Virus record (IMG/VR): IMGVR_UViG_3300027833_000001
Coordinates: 1-64,000 of that record
Reading direction: 5' to 3' (one strand)
DNA from: a virus
DNA length: 64,000 nt
Positions 35,632 through 44,309 of the stretch are shown piece after piece (position 1 is the first letter of the stretch; every line of letters starts with the position of its first letter). Below the pieces are notes generated by a model. The model was given only the letters and a program-made list of their open reading frames with translations. It did no database searches and was not told where the DNA came from. The translations under genes and the position numbers were made by a program.

Positions 35632-35961
35632 ATGCAAAAAGAACTTGAAATGTTGAAAGAGAAGATCGTCCAAGACTATGCCAACTGGAACGCAAGGACT
35701 CCATATGGTGATGAAGACACCAAGGCTGAGCGAGTCGCAGAGTTTGCCGAGAAGATCCGCATAGAAGAGGGTCGTAAGTATATGAAGGTGATCACTGGTG
35801 GATCTGTCTGGGGTTTCGTAATGAAAGAAGCAGACAAGATGTTCCAACAGGGTGACATCCTTAAAGCCGCTGGTTGGGCTGCTCCTGCGCGAAACAAGCC
35901 ACGTGGAAACGTCTATACAGACTTCACATGGGTAAGATGGACTGGTCCAGAATATCTTTAA
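35632..35961 (+). CDS. Conserved early phage protein
   Basis: GRKYMKV..SVWGFV..GDILKAAGWAAPA..RGNV. Confidence 0.75.
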   Translation: MQKELEMLKEKIVQDYANWNARTPYGDEDTKAERVAEFAEKIRIEEGRKYMKVITGGSVWGFVMKEADKMFQQGDILKAAGWAAPARNKPRGNVYTDFTWVRWTGPEYL

Positions 35962-35979
35962 TTAAATCGTAATAAAGGG

Positions 35980-36008
35980 TTGACAAATGGTCGATCCTTT
36001 GTTATAAT
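35980..36008 (+). promoter_or_regulatory. Sigma70-type early promoter
   Basis: TTGACA-17-TATAAT followed by AGTCTTGTAACAA. Confidence 0.85.
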
Positions 36009-36040
36009 AGTCTTGTAACAAATTGAGAGAGAATCTATTT

Positions 36041-36394
36041 ATGGCATATGTATCACAAGAAATGAAGAAGTCCCTAGCACCTACCATCAAGGCTATCCTA
36101 AAGAAGTATAAGATGAAGGGTAGCATCTCAGTCCAGAATCATAGCACCCTCGTGGTGAATCTTAAAGAAGGTGCCATCGACTTCAAGGCACAAAACACCC
36201 ATTACCAAGTCAATGAGTACCATATAGAGTCTCAGTGGACTGGTGTTGCCAAGACATTTCTATTAGAGTTGTTAGATGCCATGAAGGGTCCAACATACTT
36301 TAACAATGATGACGCTATGACGGACTACTTCCATAGGAGTCACTACACTAGCATTAACGTAGGTAAATGGAACAAGGAGTATGCCCTTGTATAA
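36041..36394 (+). CDS. Early protein, LPD29-like
   Basis: C-terminal DDAMTDYFH..Y..INVG motif. Confidence 0.55.
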   Translation: MAYVSQEMKKSLAPTIKAILKKYKMKGSISVQNHSTLVVNLKEGAIDFKAQNTHYQVNEYHIESQWTGVAKTFLLELLDAMKGPTYFNNDDAMTDYFHRSHYTSINVGKWNKEYALV

Positions 36395-36590
36395 AGTAAA
36401 CAATGAGATCGCACGGATCTTTAACCGTGCAGTAACGTCAGAAGAGAATCAGGATACGAATGGTATCAATTGGAACTTTGTCCAAGCTGATTTCTATATA
36501 GATGCACCACTGCTAGACCTAGAGTTAGACAAAGCGTGGGACTTCCTAGTCTCCCAGTTTAACATGGCACCGCGAGATCGTCTAGGCTAA
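36381..36590 (+). CDS. Early hypothetical protein
   Basis: SD AAGGAG; INWNFVQAD. Confidence 0.65.
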   Translation: MPLYKVNNEIARIFNRAVTSEENQDTNGINWNFVQADFYIDAPLLDLELDKAWDFLVSQFNMAPRDRLG

Positions 36591-36724
36591 CCAAGCAGGG
36601 TGATCCGGGGTATGGGATTGGATTCCAACCGTATGGTCTTACAGGGGCATATGCATCGACCAGTGTTTTGACTGGTTAATGGTGGAGAAATTTGCCCAGA
36701 ATTTTTTTTGTGGAGAGAGAACCG

Positions 36725-37825
36725 ATGAAGAAGAACAAGGCTTTAGTAAACGTACACGCACTAGGTGATACAAAACAGTTCACCCCTAAAGATGTGGAAA
36801 CGTATAACCAAACGTGGGATACACAGCGAGAACTACGACCCGAGATATTCGGTGATGAGTGCGTTGGTGGTCTTCGATGGAGTACCACTCTACTGATCCC
36901 TATGGATAAGATTAACCCTAGAATTGATACTGTAGATAAGATACAGGGTGCAGTTCGATCAGGGTTAAATCCAGCTTCACTTGCTATCACTGCATCTATT
37001 GTACAGGGTGGATGGGATCTCCGTGAGTTAGCTATATGTGTTCAGAGAGATACTACTGATAGTCCATATGATTTTATTATAAGAGAAGGGTGTACACGAT
37101 ATCTTTCACTTGCTGGACTTGAGTTTAAGAATGTTATATGTGAAGTCTATGATCATGTCAATCCAGCAATTAATCCCGATTACTTCTCCGTCTATATGAA
37201 TTACTATGGGCAGCCACGTGGGAAGCAACAAGCGGCTGATTTACAATTGTTCATATCTTCAGAGATTACCTCGCAAGGTTATGATCTGAAGTCAATGTCG
37301 CATAAAGAGATTATGGATGTTACAGATGGAATCTTCACCCTTCTCAATCAAGACGTTACTCGGAAAGTAAAGAATGAACTTCGATATGATCTGATGACTG
37401 GTGCGGGGATTCGTCCATACGAGACTTTGGATAAGAAAGGATGTGATGCGCGATTAGAACCATTGAATAAAGAGGATGATAATTATGTGTATATATCCAT
37501 GGGATCTGATCCCGACAACCTCAGATTCTTGACTCGATACGTAAGAAATGAGCCAGAGTCTGAGAAGCATAAGATGCTCCGCTTTGTACCTTTTAAAGGA
37601 AAACTCTCTGTCGAGAAGTCTGAGGATGATTACTATGATCTAGCGGATGCTGGCGCAACTATGGTTGCTACGCTTCGCGCTATTGTGAACATTGCAAGTA
37701 GAATAGATGATACGACTGGTATCTTCCCGCAACTACCCTCTTTATGGGATAAGTACGAAAAGGGTAAGTTGATTACGATTGCACCAGATACCAACCTAAA
37801 AGAAATGGTTGACTCTCGTGGTTAA
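36725..37825 (+). CDS. Hypothetical protein, possible ParB/Srx-like domain
   Basis: SIVQGGW..AICV..FIIREGCTRYLSL resembles the ParB G-x-x-R motif. Confidence 0.5.
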   Translation: MKKNKALVNVHALGDTKQFTPKDVETYNQTWDTQRELRPEIFGDECVGGLRWSTTLLIPMDKINPRIDTVDKIQGAVRSGLNPASLAITASIVQGGWDLRELAICVQRDTTDSPYDFIIREGCTRYLSLAGLEFKNVICEVYDHVNPAINPDYFSVYMNYYGQPRGKQQAADLQLFISSEITSQGYDLKSMSHKEIMDVTDGIFTLLNQDVTRKVKNELRYDLMTGAGIRPYETLDKKGCDARLEPLNKEDDNYVYISMGSDPDNLRFLTRYVRNEPESEKHKMLRFVPFKGKLSVEKSEDDYYDLADAGATMVATLRAIVNIASRIDDTTGIFPQLPSLWDKYEKGKLITIAPDTNLKEMVDSRG

Positions 37826-38432
37826 GTATGATACGATACTGAGTATGACTGCCCATTGGGACTTCGATGAATTTGTAGAGATGTTACCTCAAGAAGGTAA
37901 TCTATTAGAGATTGGAAGTTTCGTGGGTAAGTCCACAGTATGTTGGGCTAAGACTTTTGAGAAGTATCAGAAGAATTGGTCCATTCATACTGTCGATGCT
38001 TTTGCTGGAATTATGTCGCCTGCTTTTTATATGCCACGAAAGGGTGGCGATCTGTACGATATGACACCATCTGAAAAGAAAGGTTTCTTAGAGTTGATGG
38101 AACCATTTAATATGGATTCTAAGAAGCAGATGGCAATGTTCCTAGAGAACATAGAAGGATGGGATAATATCACTTGGGAAAAAAGATGGCTTGGTCATAC
38201 GAAACAATATGTGCCACCAGTAAAACCCACAGCAATGTTCTATGATGGTGATCACGGTTACAGAGGTATGAAAGCATTGTTTGATTCTCTAGGGGATACA
38301 CCATACATCTTTGTTGACGATTGCACACCACAGTTTCCGCAGTCCATTCAAGTGTTAGAAGAATTGAATAGACCTTATAGTATAAACGAATATGGCATAG
38401 GAGTGATCCATGAAGAATTCTTTACCAACTGA
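37809..38432 (+). CDS. Class I SAM-dependent methyltransferase (Methyltransf_24-like)
   Basis: LLEIGSFVGKST, TVDAF, FYDGDH and FVDD; start may lie further downstream. Confidence 0.8.
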   Translation: MTLVVKYDTILSMTAHWDFDEFVEMLPQEGNLLEIGSFVGKSTVCWAKTFEKYQKNWSIHTVDAFAGIMSPAFYMPRKGGDLYDMTPSEKKGFLELMEPFNMDSKKQMAMFLENIEGWDNITWEKRWLGHTKQYVPPVKPTAMFYDGDHGYRGMKALFDSLGDTPYIFVDDCTPQFPQSIQVLEELNRPYSINEYGIGVIHEEFFTN

Positions 38433-38925
38433 TTGTATGGCACCCGATGTGGTGTCAATGAAGGAAGAATATATTGAAGAGTTACAATTAAAACTTGTTG
38501 CGGCGCGCCAAGATGTAACTCTTGCTAAGATGGGTGACATCCTGAAGAAACATAATCCCAGTGAACCAGAATTGTTTATTGATTTCTCTTGCCCTGGCAA
38601 ATTAATTGGCGTCTACATTATAGGGCATATGGATGGAAGCATAGCAGATATTGGACAGGGTAGAATCATGAGCCGTGTTTCGTTGAAGCGCCAGTTTCTA
38701 ATGCAGAAGCAACGTAAGCTAGATAAAACAAAAGACTATCGAGTAGCGGAACAGATTGTCAATTACGACCCTGACCCAGAACAGTGGTGGGTACAGTACA
38801 TTCCATTCTATGGTCTTACTGCTAAAGATGAAGCAAGAGCATATGAAGAGAGAATTCACCAGAGATATATTGTAGAAGATAACGCACCAATGTTTGCGTC
38901 ACTACATATGGTAGGTGTTGGATGA
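38410..38925 (+). CDS. Hypothetical protein, possible divergent GIY-YIG
   Basis: GVYII..DIGQG..SR..ARAYEE. Confidence 0.45.
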   Translation: MKNSLPTDCMAPDVVSMKEEYIEELQLKLVAARQDVTLAKMGDILKKHNPSEPELFIDFSCPGKLIGVYIIGHMDGSIADIGQGRIMSRVSLKRQFLMQKQRKLDKTKDYRVAEQIVNYDPDPEQWWVQYIPFYGLTAKDEARAYEERIHQRYIVEDNAPMFASLHMVGVG

Positions 38926-38996
38926 TATCAGCTAAAGTAATGAGACAGTTAGGTGCTACCCATGCAGGTCACCTATCATTTAAGAGGAGAGAGAAT

Positions 38997-40118
38997 ATGA
39001 TATTTAAATTACCCACGTTATACAAGAGAGATTCAAAAGGCAAGATACGTGAATTAACAATTGAGTGGCAATCCGACGAGCCTGCTACTAGGTCCATTGC
39101 TGGAATAAAAGATGGCAAACTTGTTATGTCTGGTTGGAATAAATCAGAAGCAAAGAATGAGGGTAGAGCCAATGCAACTACCGCTGTCGAACAAGCAGAG
39201 AAAGAAGCTAAGGCTGATTGGGATAAGAAAGTTGAGAAAGAGTACTTTGAAGATATTACTCAAATTGATTCCTATGATAAGTTCAAACCACAACTAGCAA
39301 ATGACTATACAAAGAAGCCACAGTCTAGTGGCATTAGTCAACCTAAGTTAGATGGTATCAGATGTATTGCGAGAAAAGATGGACTCTATACAAGACAGGG
39401 TAAAGACATTACCACTTGTGATCATATCTTCAATGCACTGAAGCCTTTCTTTGAGTTACACCCAGATGCAATTCTAGATGGTGAATTATACAATCACGAA
39501 CTAAAAGATGACTTCAACAAAATTACAAGTCTAGTTCGTAAAGTAAAACCTACAAAGGGTGAGGAGCTTGAATGTGCTTTACTTGTTGAGTATCATGTAT
39601 ATGATATGTCTGGCACTTCACTGTATTGGAAAGAACTGGCATTCTGGGATAGAATCACAATCATCAAAGCGATGGCATGGGGCTTAGTTTGGAAGCACCC
39701 TGTTGTAGTTGTTGATACTCAAAAATGTGACAACCAAGAAGAACTTGATGCTTTGTATTCTAAGTACACCGAACAAGGTTACGAAGGACAAATGGTCCGT
39801 AATGATTCTTTATATGAAAACAAAAGAAGTCACAACCTTCTCAAGCGAAAAGAGTTTATTACTGAAGAGTTCGATGTAGTAGAAGTATTAGAAGGATCTG
39901 GAAACTGGGCAGGATATGCCAAACACTTTCAACTAGAGTTGGGTGATGGTAGAACTTTCCATAGTGGTGTTAGAGGCAACCAAGCAATCTTAAAGGAATT
40001 GCTCAATCAGCCTGTCAAACCAAATTGGGTTACTGTTAGATACTTTGAGAAAACTCCTGATGGAGTTCCAAGGTTCCCTGTCGTTATAGATTGGGGAACT
40101 GGTAACAGAGTAGACTAA
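38997..40118 (+). CDS. lig: ATP-dependent DNA ligase
   Basis: QPKLDGIR, LDGELY, YHVYD, YEGQMVR, LLKRK and PRFP. Confidence 0.93.
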   Translation: MIFKLPTLYKRDSKGKIRELTIEWQSDEPATRSIAGIKDGKLVMSGWNKSEAKNEGRANATTAVEQAEKEAKADWDKKVEKEYFEDITQIDSYDKFKPQLANDYTKKPQSSGISQPKLDGIRCIARKDGLYTRQGKDITTCDHIFNALKPFFELHPDAILDGELYNHELKDDFNKITSLVRKVKPTKGEELECALLVEYHVYDMSGTSLYWKELAFWDRITIIKAMAWGLVWKHPVVVVDTQKCDNQEELDALYSKYTEQGYEGQMVRNDSLYENKRSHNLLKRKEFITEEFDVVEVLEGSGNWAGYAKHFQLELGDGRTFHSGVRGNQAILKELLNQPVKPNWVTVRYFEKTPDGVPRFPVVIDWGTGNRVD

Positions 40119-40145
40119 ATAATACCACATAGCAAGGAGAATACA

Positions 40146-40478
40146 ATGAAGCAAACAACACTAAAAGAACTAGGTGAAGTTGTTAAGAACAATCGTACCT
40201 ATGTCGTTAAAGATGATGAGTCTATGGAGACTATGGTCGTAAGCACCACCAGACTCTTCCCTGGCAAAGAGACAACTGGGCATAAACATGATGACCAAGA
40301 AGAGGTGTACGTCTTTGTAGAGGGTTCTGGTAAGATAATTATAGATGATGTCGAACATGATGTCCGGATGGGCAATGTTGTGATGATCGCTAAGGGTGAA
40401 CACCACAAGGTAATCAACGACTCCGACAACGATGAGATGTTCTTTTTCTGTGTTTTCCCTGGTAAGCGAGAAAATTAA
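40146..40478 (+). CDS. Cupin domain protein
   Basis: GHKHDDQEEVYVFVEGSG and GEHHKVIN; ACTAAATA at 40114-40121. Confidence 0.85.
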   Translation: MKQTTLKELGEVVKNNRTYVVKDDESMETMVVSTTRLFPGKETTGHKHDDQEEVYVFVEGSGKIIIDDVEHDVRMGNVVMIAKGEHHKVINDSDNDEMFFFCVFPGKREN

Positions 40479-40532
40479 TTTAATTTATTTTTAAAGTCGT
40501 TTAATATCAGTAACTTACAGACGTAAATAAAC

Positions 40533-40561
40533 TTGACATTTGGTCTGATATATCGTATAAT
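40533..40561 (+). promoter_or_regulatory. Sigma70-type early promoter
   Basis: TTGACA-17-TATAAT with TGAGAGAGG leader. Confidence 0.85.
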
Positions 40562-40595
40562 ATGTATATATTGAATGATTGAGAGAGGATATAAT

Positions 40596-40859
40596 ATGAG
40601 TTCATTTGTTGAAGAGTCTGTTGTTTGGTGCATTGAGATACCATCTATCACTGAGTATACTGGTGGAATTCCTGCTGGTTATGATCTCGTTGAGTACGAA
40701 GCTGGTACTGACCCATATCAAGAAGGAATGGTGTTGTACGGTTTTGATGAAGTTGGTATGTTTGAGTTCAACTGTCCCCAACACGCCTTTGTAAACGGTA
40801 CTTTGGCTGAACTAGTTCTTGACCGCAGTAAGCCTGCTAAGATTGTAAAAGTTCAATGA
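40596..40859 (+). CDS. Early hypothetical protein
   Basis: SD GAGG; acidic composition. Confidence 0.65.
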   Translation: MSSFVEESVVWCIEIPSITEYTGGIPAGYDLVEYEAGTDPYQEGMVLYGFDEVGMFEFNCPQHAFVNGTLAELVLDRSKPAKIVKVQ

Positions 40860-41320
40860 AACTTTCCTCTCGAGGAGGTACAAAGTTTCAACGCCATGTG
40901 GTCGATGTTGCTGGTGTCTTTATGTGCAAGCAACTCGGTCTCACTCGCTACCCTTCATTGGAAGTTGTAGTGAAGATAAAGAAAGTCGATGACGGCTTTA
41001 ACGGATATTGTTATCCGACTGAATACGGTGATATCATTAGTAAGCCTAGAGATATCACAGTCGAGGTATCCAAATCTTTGGACCTCTATAGTTTCATTAG
41101 AACCATCTGTCACGAATTTGTCCACGTGAAGCAGTATGTGAAGGGCGAGATTCGGGAAGATTTAATAAACGGTTCTTCTATGTGGAAGAAAGGTCGAGTG
41201 CCACAAGGAACTCCTTACTTGGAGCAACCTTGGGAGAAAGAAGCATTTAGACTTGAGAATCAATATGCATTGGATGTTATTATCAATGTAGAAATCGCAA
41301 TGAATGGAGAAACATTATGA
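40856..41320 (+). CDS. HExxH zinc metallopeptidase-like protein
   Basis: TICHEFVHVKQY and QPWEKEA. Confidence 0.75.
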   Translation: MKLSSRGGTKFQRHVVDVAGVFMCKQLGLTRYPSLEVVVKIKKVDDGFNGYCYPTEYGDIISKPRDITVEVSKSLDLYSFIRTICHEFVHVKQYVKGEIREDLINGSSMWKKGRVPQGTPYLEQPWEKEAFRLENQYALDVIINVEIAMNGETL

Positions 41321-41511
41321 TACGATTACTTACTGGCTTATTTTTAATACTTGGTGCTGTTGGTCGTGATGACGCATGGCTTGCTTGTCACGCCGCGGCT
41401 GACTGTTTAGCTGGTCCCGCTCCGACTATTACTAGTCTTTTAACATACTCTTCTATTGGTCTTGCTCTATGTATGTGGGCAGCCGTTGACTTGAATAAGC
41501 AGTATTCATAA
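41317..41511 (+). CDS. Small two-TM membrane protein
   Basis: Two hydrophobic segments; SD GGAG. Confidence 0.6.
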   Translation: MIRLLTGLFLILGAVGRDDAWLACHAAADCLAGPAPTITSLLTYSSIGLALCMWAAVDLNKQYS

Positions 41512-41732
41512 TGTTGGTGAATAGATTATTTGCTTTGCGAGTTATCTCTTGTGATGACCCTAACAAATGGTATGCAGATAAAGTAGGACAAATAGTTCCT
41601 TACATAGCAGACCAATCTGAGTCTGAGTGGAAAAGTTTACAAGATGATGGTGTTGCACCAGGACATCGATTTACAAATTTCATCACAAAGAAAGATGCCG
41701 TTCTGGAGGAACTGTACGATGTATTTGACTAA
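41511..41732 (+). CDS. Hypothetical protein
   Basis: Coupled start; 73 aa. Confidence 0.6.
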   Translation: MLVNRLFALRVISCDDPNKWYADKVGQIVPYIADQSESEWKSLQDDGVAPGHRFTNFITKKDAVLEELYDVFD

Positions 41733-42369
41733 ACTGGCAATAGCAACCACCGTGGTTGTTGCAAGTCTTGGCATTGCTGATTCTGTTGCAATTGGACAAG
41801 ATGATGATTTACGCCTCGTGCTTGAGCAACCTTTTTACAGGGCTGAGATAGGTCAGATCAGTGAGATTAGAGGATGGGCATTACATCCAACTGAACAAAT
41901 TGATACAATAGAAATCTATATTGATAATCAGTTCTACTCTATTGTTCCTGTCGGTGGACAGCGAGGTGATGTTTACAACGCATATCCCGATGCAGTAAGT
42001 TCTAGATATTCTGGTTATGCACAAACAGTAAACTTCAAGACTTTACCGCCTGGGTTTCATACCATGCAAGTTGTAGCATATACTGTTGAAGGTAGCTATA
42101 ACGCTATAACGTCCGAGTTCTGTGTGGATGGATTTACTGGTGAGTTTATCAGTGATTCTTCAAGTATAAATTTACAAACAGTAGCGCGATTACACACGGA
42201 TAAAAATGCTCTGATATTAGAAGGTATGGAAGTTGACGGATACCTATATAATGTCGAGTTGGTGTGGAACAAAGCCACGCAAGGATTTATCATTGAGCAA
42301 ACTACTCCTTACGAATATATCAATGGCGATTATTCTAAGCATTGTCGAGTATGCGCTCCAGATATGTAA
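41719..42369 (+). CDS. Exported protein with Ig-like (Big) domain
   Basis: Signal peptide; IRGWAL..IEIYID..RGDV..SGY..PGFHTMQVVA. Confidence 0.6.
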   Translation: MYLTKLAIATTVVVASLGIADSVAIGQDDDLRLVLEQPFYRAEIGQISEIRGWALHPTEQIDTIEIYIDNQFYSIVPVGGQRGDVYNAYPDAVSSRYSGYAQTVNFKTLPPGFHTMQVVAYTVEGSYNAITSEFCVDGFTGEFISDSSSINLQTVARLHTDKNALILEGMEVDGYLYNVELVWNKATQGFIIEQTTPYEYINGDYSKHCRVCAPDM

Positions 42370-42397
42370 TTTTTTTGACAATAAATACGATTGCCAC

Positions 42398-42426
42398 TTG
42401 ACTTTTACAACTGTTTAGTTTATAAT
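42398..42426 (+). promoter_or_regulatory. Sigma70-type promoter
   Basis: TTGACT-17-TATAAT. Confidence 0.8.
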
Positions 42427-42451
42427 GGCACACATCAATAGGGAGGCGCAA

Positions 42452-42520
42452 ATGACGAAAACAATAGTAATCGAACTTACGGTAGCTATAGCGTGTTTAA
42501 TAATTCTCGTTACACTATAA
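42452..42520 (+). CDS. 22 aa hydrophobic peptide (not in ORF track)
   Basis: Strong SD GGAGG and own promoter; MTKTIVIELTVAIACLIILVTL. Confidence 0.6.
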   Translation: MTKTIVIELTVAIACLIILVTL

Positions 42521-42657
42521 GCGTATATTATTAAACCTATGTCTCTTATTGGTCTGCTGGATTGCCGAAGAAAAAGATCCAGAGTTGTGTCGATTAAAAA
42601 GTCGTGGTGAACAGTCCGCGATTATTGAATACGAGGTAGATTTATAAGTTTTAGGTT

Positions 42658-42665
42658 TATAAATA
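42658..42665 (+). promoter_or_regulatory. T4-type late promoter TATAAATA
   Basis: Exact consensus immediately before the pseudoknot array. Confidence 0.85.
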
Positions 42666-42670
42666 GTATT

Positions 42671-42875
42671 AGAACAACCCGGTTGTAGTCCTGAGTAAAG
42701 ACTCCACCCTGTACTAAGTTAAACTGCTCCGTCAATAGAGCCAAATGCCATTGACGTTAAGCCATAGACTCCTGAGTAAGAGTATAAAACTTCTCCGGCT
42801 GTCACCTCTCTCAAAACACCGGCAGTCGTTAAACGGAGGGTCCTGGGCATGACGCTTAAACTGCCCAACTTTTTA
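42671..42875 (+). ncRNA. Putative structured RNA with three tandem H-type pseudoknots separated by hairpins
   Basis: Three units of stem-CTGRG(T/C)A loop-stem..AAACT(G/T)C(T/C)C with covarying pairs; about 200 nt with no ORF after a late promoter. Confidence 0.65.
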
Positions 42876-42894
42876 TAATGATCAAGTGGAGAAT

Positions 42895-43269
42895 ATGATG
42901 TCAGATGAAACACCCAAACCAGAAGTAGAAGAAAGTGCTGAGTATGAAAACTTTCTAGGACAGAAAGCGACTGAGTATGAAGCTCCTTCATTATCTGATG
43001 TCCTTGGAGTGGATCAAGAAGACTTACGTGGTAGTGTAAACCCAGTCAAAGATCATTGGGTAGGTATGCCAGAATACGAACATAAAAAAGATGCTGGTCC
43101 ATTTAAATCTATCAATGTACATTTTCGCAACGAAGAAGATTATCAAGCATTTGCTGAACTGCTAGGTACTGGTTTAACAAAGAGAACAAAAAGCATTTGG
43201 TATCCAAAACAATCTATTACAGCAAATTCATTAATGCGTTGGATGCAGGAAGATGATGCCGATGCGTAG
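42895..43269 (+). CDS. Conserved partner of phage GREB1/TAGT-like glycosyltransferases
   Basis: WVGMPEY..VHFRNEEDYQAFAELLG..TKSIWYP; overlaps the GT gene. Confidence 0.6.
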   Translation: MMSDETPKPEVEESAEYENFLGQKATEYEAPSLSDVLGVDQEDLRGSVNPVKDHWVGMPEYEHKKDAGPFKSINVHFRNEEDYQAFAELLGTGLTKRTKSIWYPKQSITANSLMRWMQEDDADA

Positions 43270-44197
43270 TAATCAATATCCAATTTACATAGTATCTAAG
43301 GGTAGACATGAATCCATGTTTACTTCTAGAAGTCTTGATAAGATGAATACGCAACATTACATTGCTATTGAACCACAAGACTATGACAACTATGTACAAG
43401 CGTTCGTAGAGTTCGGTATTACTACTGCTACTCTTTTAGTTCTACCCTTTAGCAATCATGGTGATGGACCTGGTCGCGCACGTAATTGGTGTTGGGATCA
43501 TTCGATGCAAAATGGCTTTGATGCTCATTGGGTACTTGATGATAACATACAATCATTCTATAGATTCAATGATAACATACGAATACGTGTGGGCTCAAGT
43601 GTATTCTTTAGAGTAATGGAGGATTTCTTTGACCGATACGATAATCTTTATATTGCTGGTCCTCAGTACCGCTTTTTTATTGCACCCAATCAGAGTTATC
43701 CGCCTTTTGTGGCGAACACTCGTATTTACTCTTGCCTTCTTATTAGGAATGATTGTTCTCACAGATGGCGAGGTAGATACAACGAAGATACGGACATCTG
43801 CTTGCGAGTTCTTAAGGACGGAGACTGCACAGTCCAATTTAACGCCTTCTTACAGGGCAAAGTTGCAACACAAACTGTAAAGGGGGGAAATTCCACTGAG
43901 TTCTATCATAAGGAGGGTATGGAAGAAGGGTTATCTGAAGAACAAGTTGCACAGATGACAAAGGAGAAAGGTGAAAGATATAACATCGATGGCACCATAA
44001 ATAAATCACAGATGCTGGAGGATATGCACCCAGATGTAGCCAGAGTAGTTTGGCGATACGGAAGGTGGCATCACTATGTTGATTATTCATCTTTTAAAAA
44101 GAATAAATTAATCTTGAAAGAAGGAGAAACATTGCCCAATGTGAAAGTAGATAACTATGGCATGAAGCTAGTTACCCTTGAAGAGAAAATAACTTAA
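43253..44197 (+). CDS. GREB1/TET-associated-like glycosyltransferase (putative DNA base glycosylation)
   Basis: YPIYIVSKGR, ARNWCWD, HWVLDDNI, YSCLLI, WRGRYNEDTD and KGGN. Confidence 0.7.
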   Translation: MMPMRSNQYPIYIVSKGRHESMFTSRSLDKMNTQHYIAIEPQDYDNYVQAFVEFGITTATLLVLPFSNHGDGPGRARNWCWDHSMQNGFDAHWVLDDNIQSFYRFNDNIRIRVGSSVFFRVMEDFFDRYDNLYIAGPQYRFFIAPNQSYPPFVANTRIYSCLLIRNDCSHRWRGRYNEDTDICLRVLKDGDCTVQFNAFLQGKVATQTVKGGNSTEFYHKEGMEEGLSEEQVAQMTKEKGERYNIDGTINKSQMLEDMHPDVARVVWRYGRWHHYVDYSSFKKNKLILKEGETLPNVKVDNYGMKLVTLEEKIT

Positions 44198-44215
44198 AAT
44201 AAAGTAAAAAAAGGG

Positions 44216-44244
44216 TTGACAAATGCAATCAAGCCTGCTATAAT
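44216..44244 (+). promoter_or_regulatory. Sigma70-type promoter
   Basis: A-tract followed by TTGACA-17-TATAAT with extended TG. Confidence 0.85.
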
Positions 44245-44309
44245 GTGTATTGTAAGTTGGAAAACTATTTACATTTCTGAAACTATATTATTGATAACGG
44301 AGAACGTCT

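Noticed and set aside
42687-42866. CRISPR mini-array
   Set aside because: Units conserve pairing rather than sequence, spacing is uneven (81 and 71 nt) and no cas genes are present; kept as a structured RNA instead.
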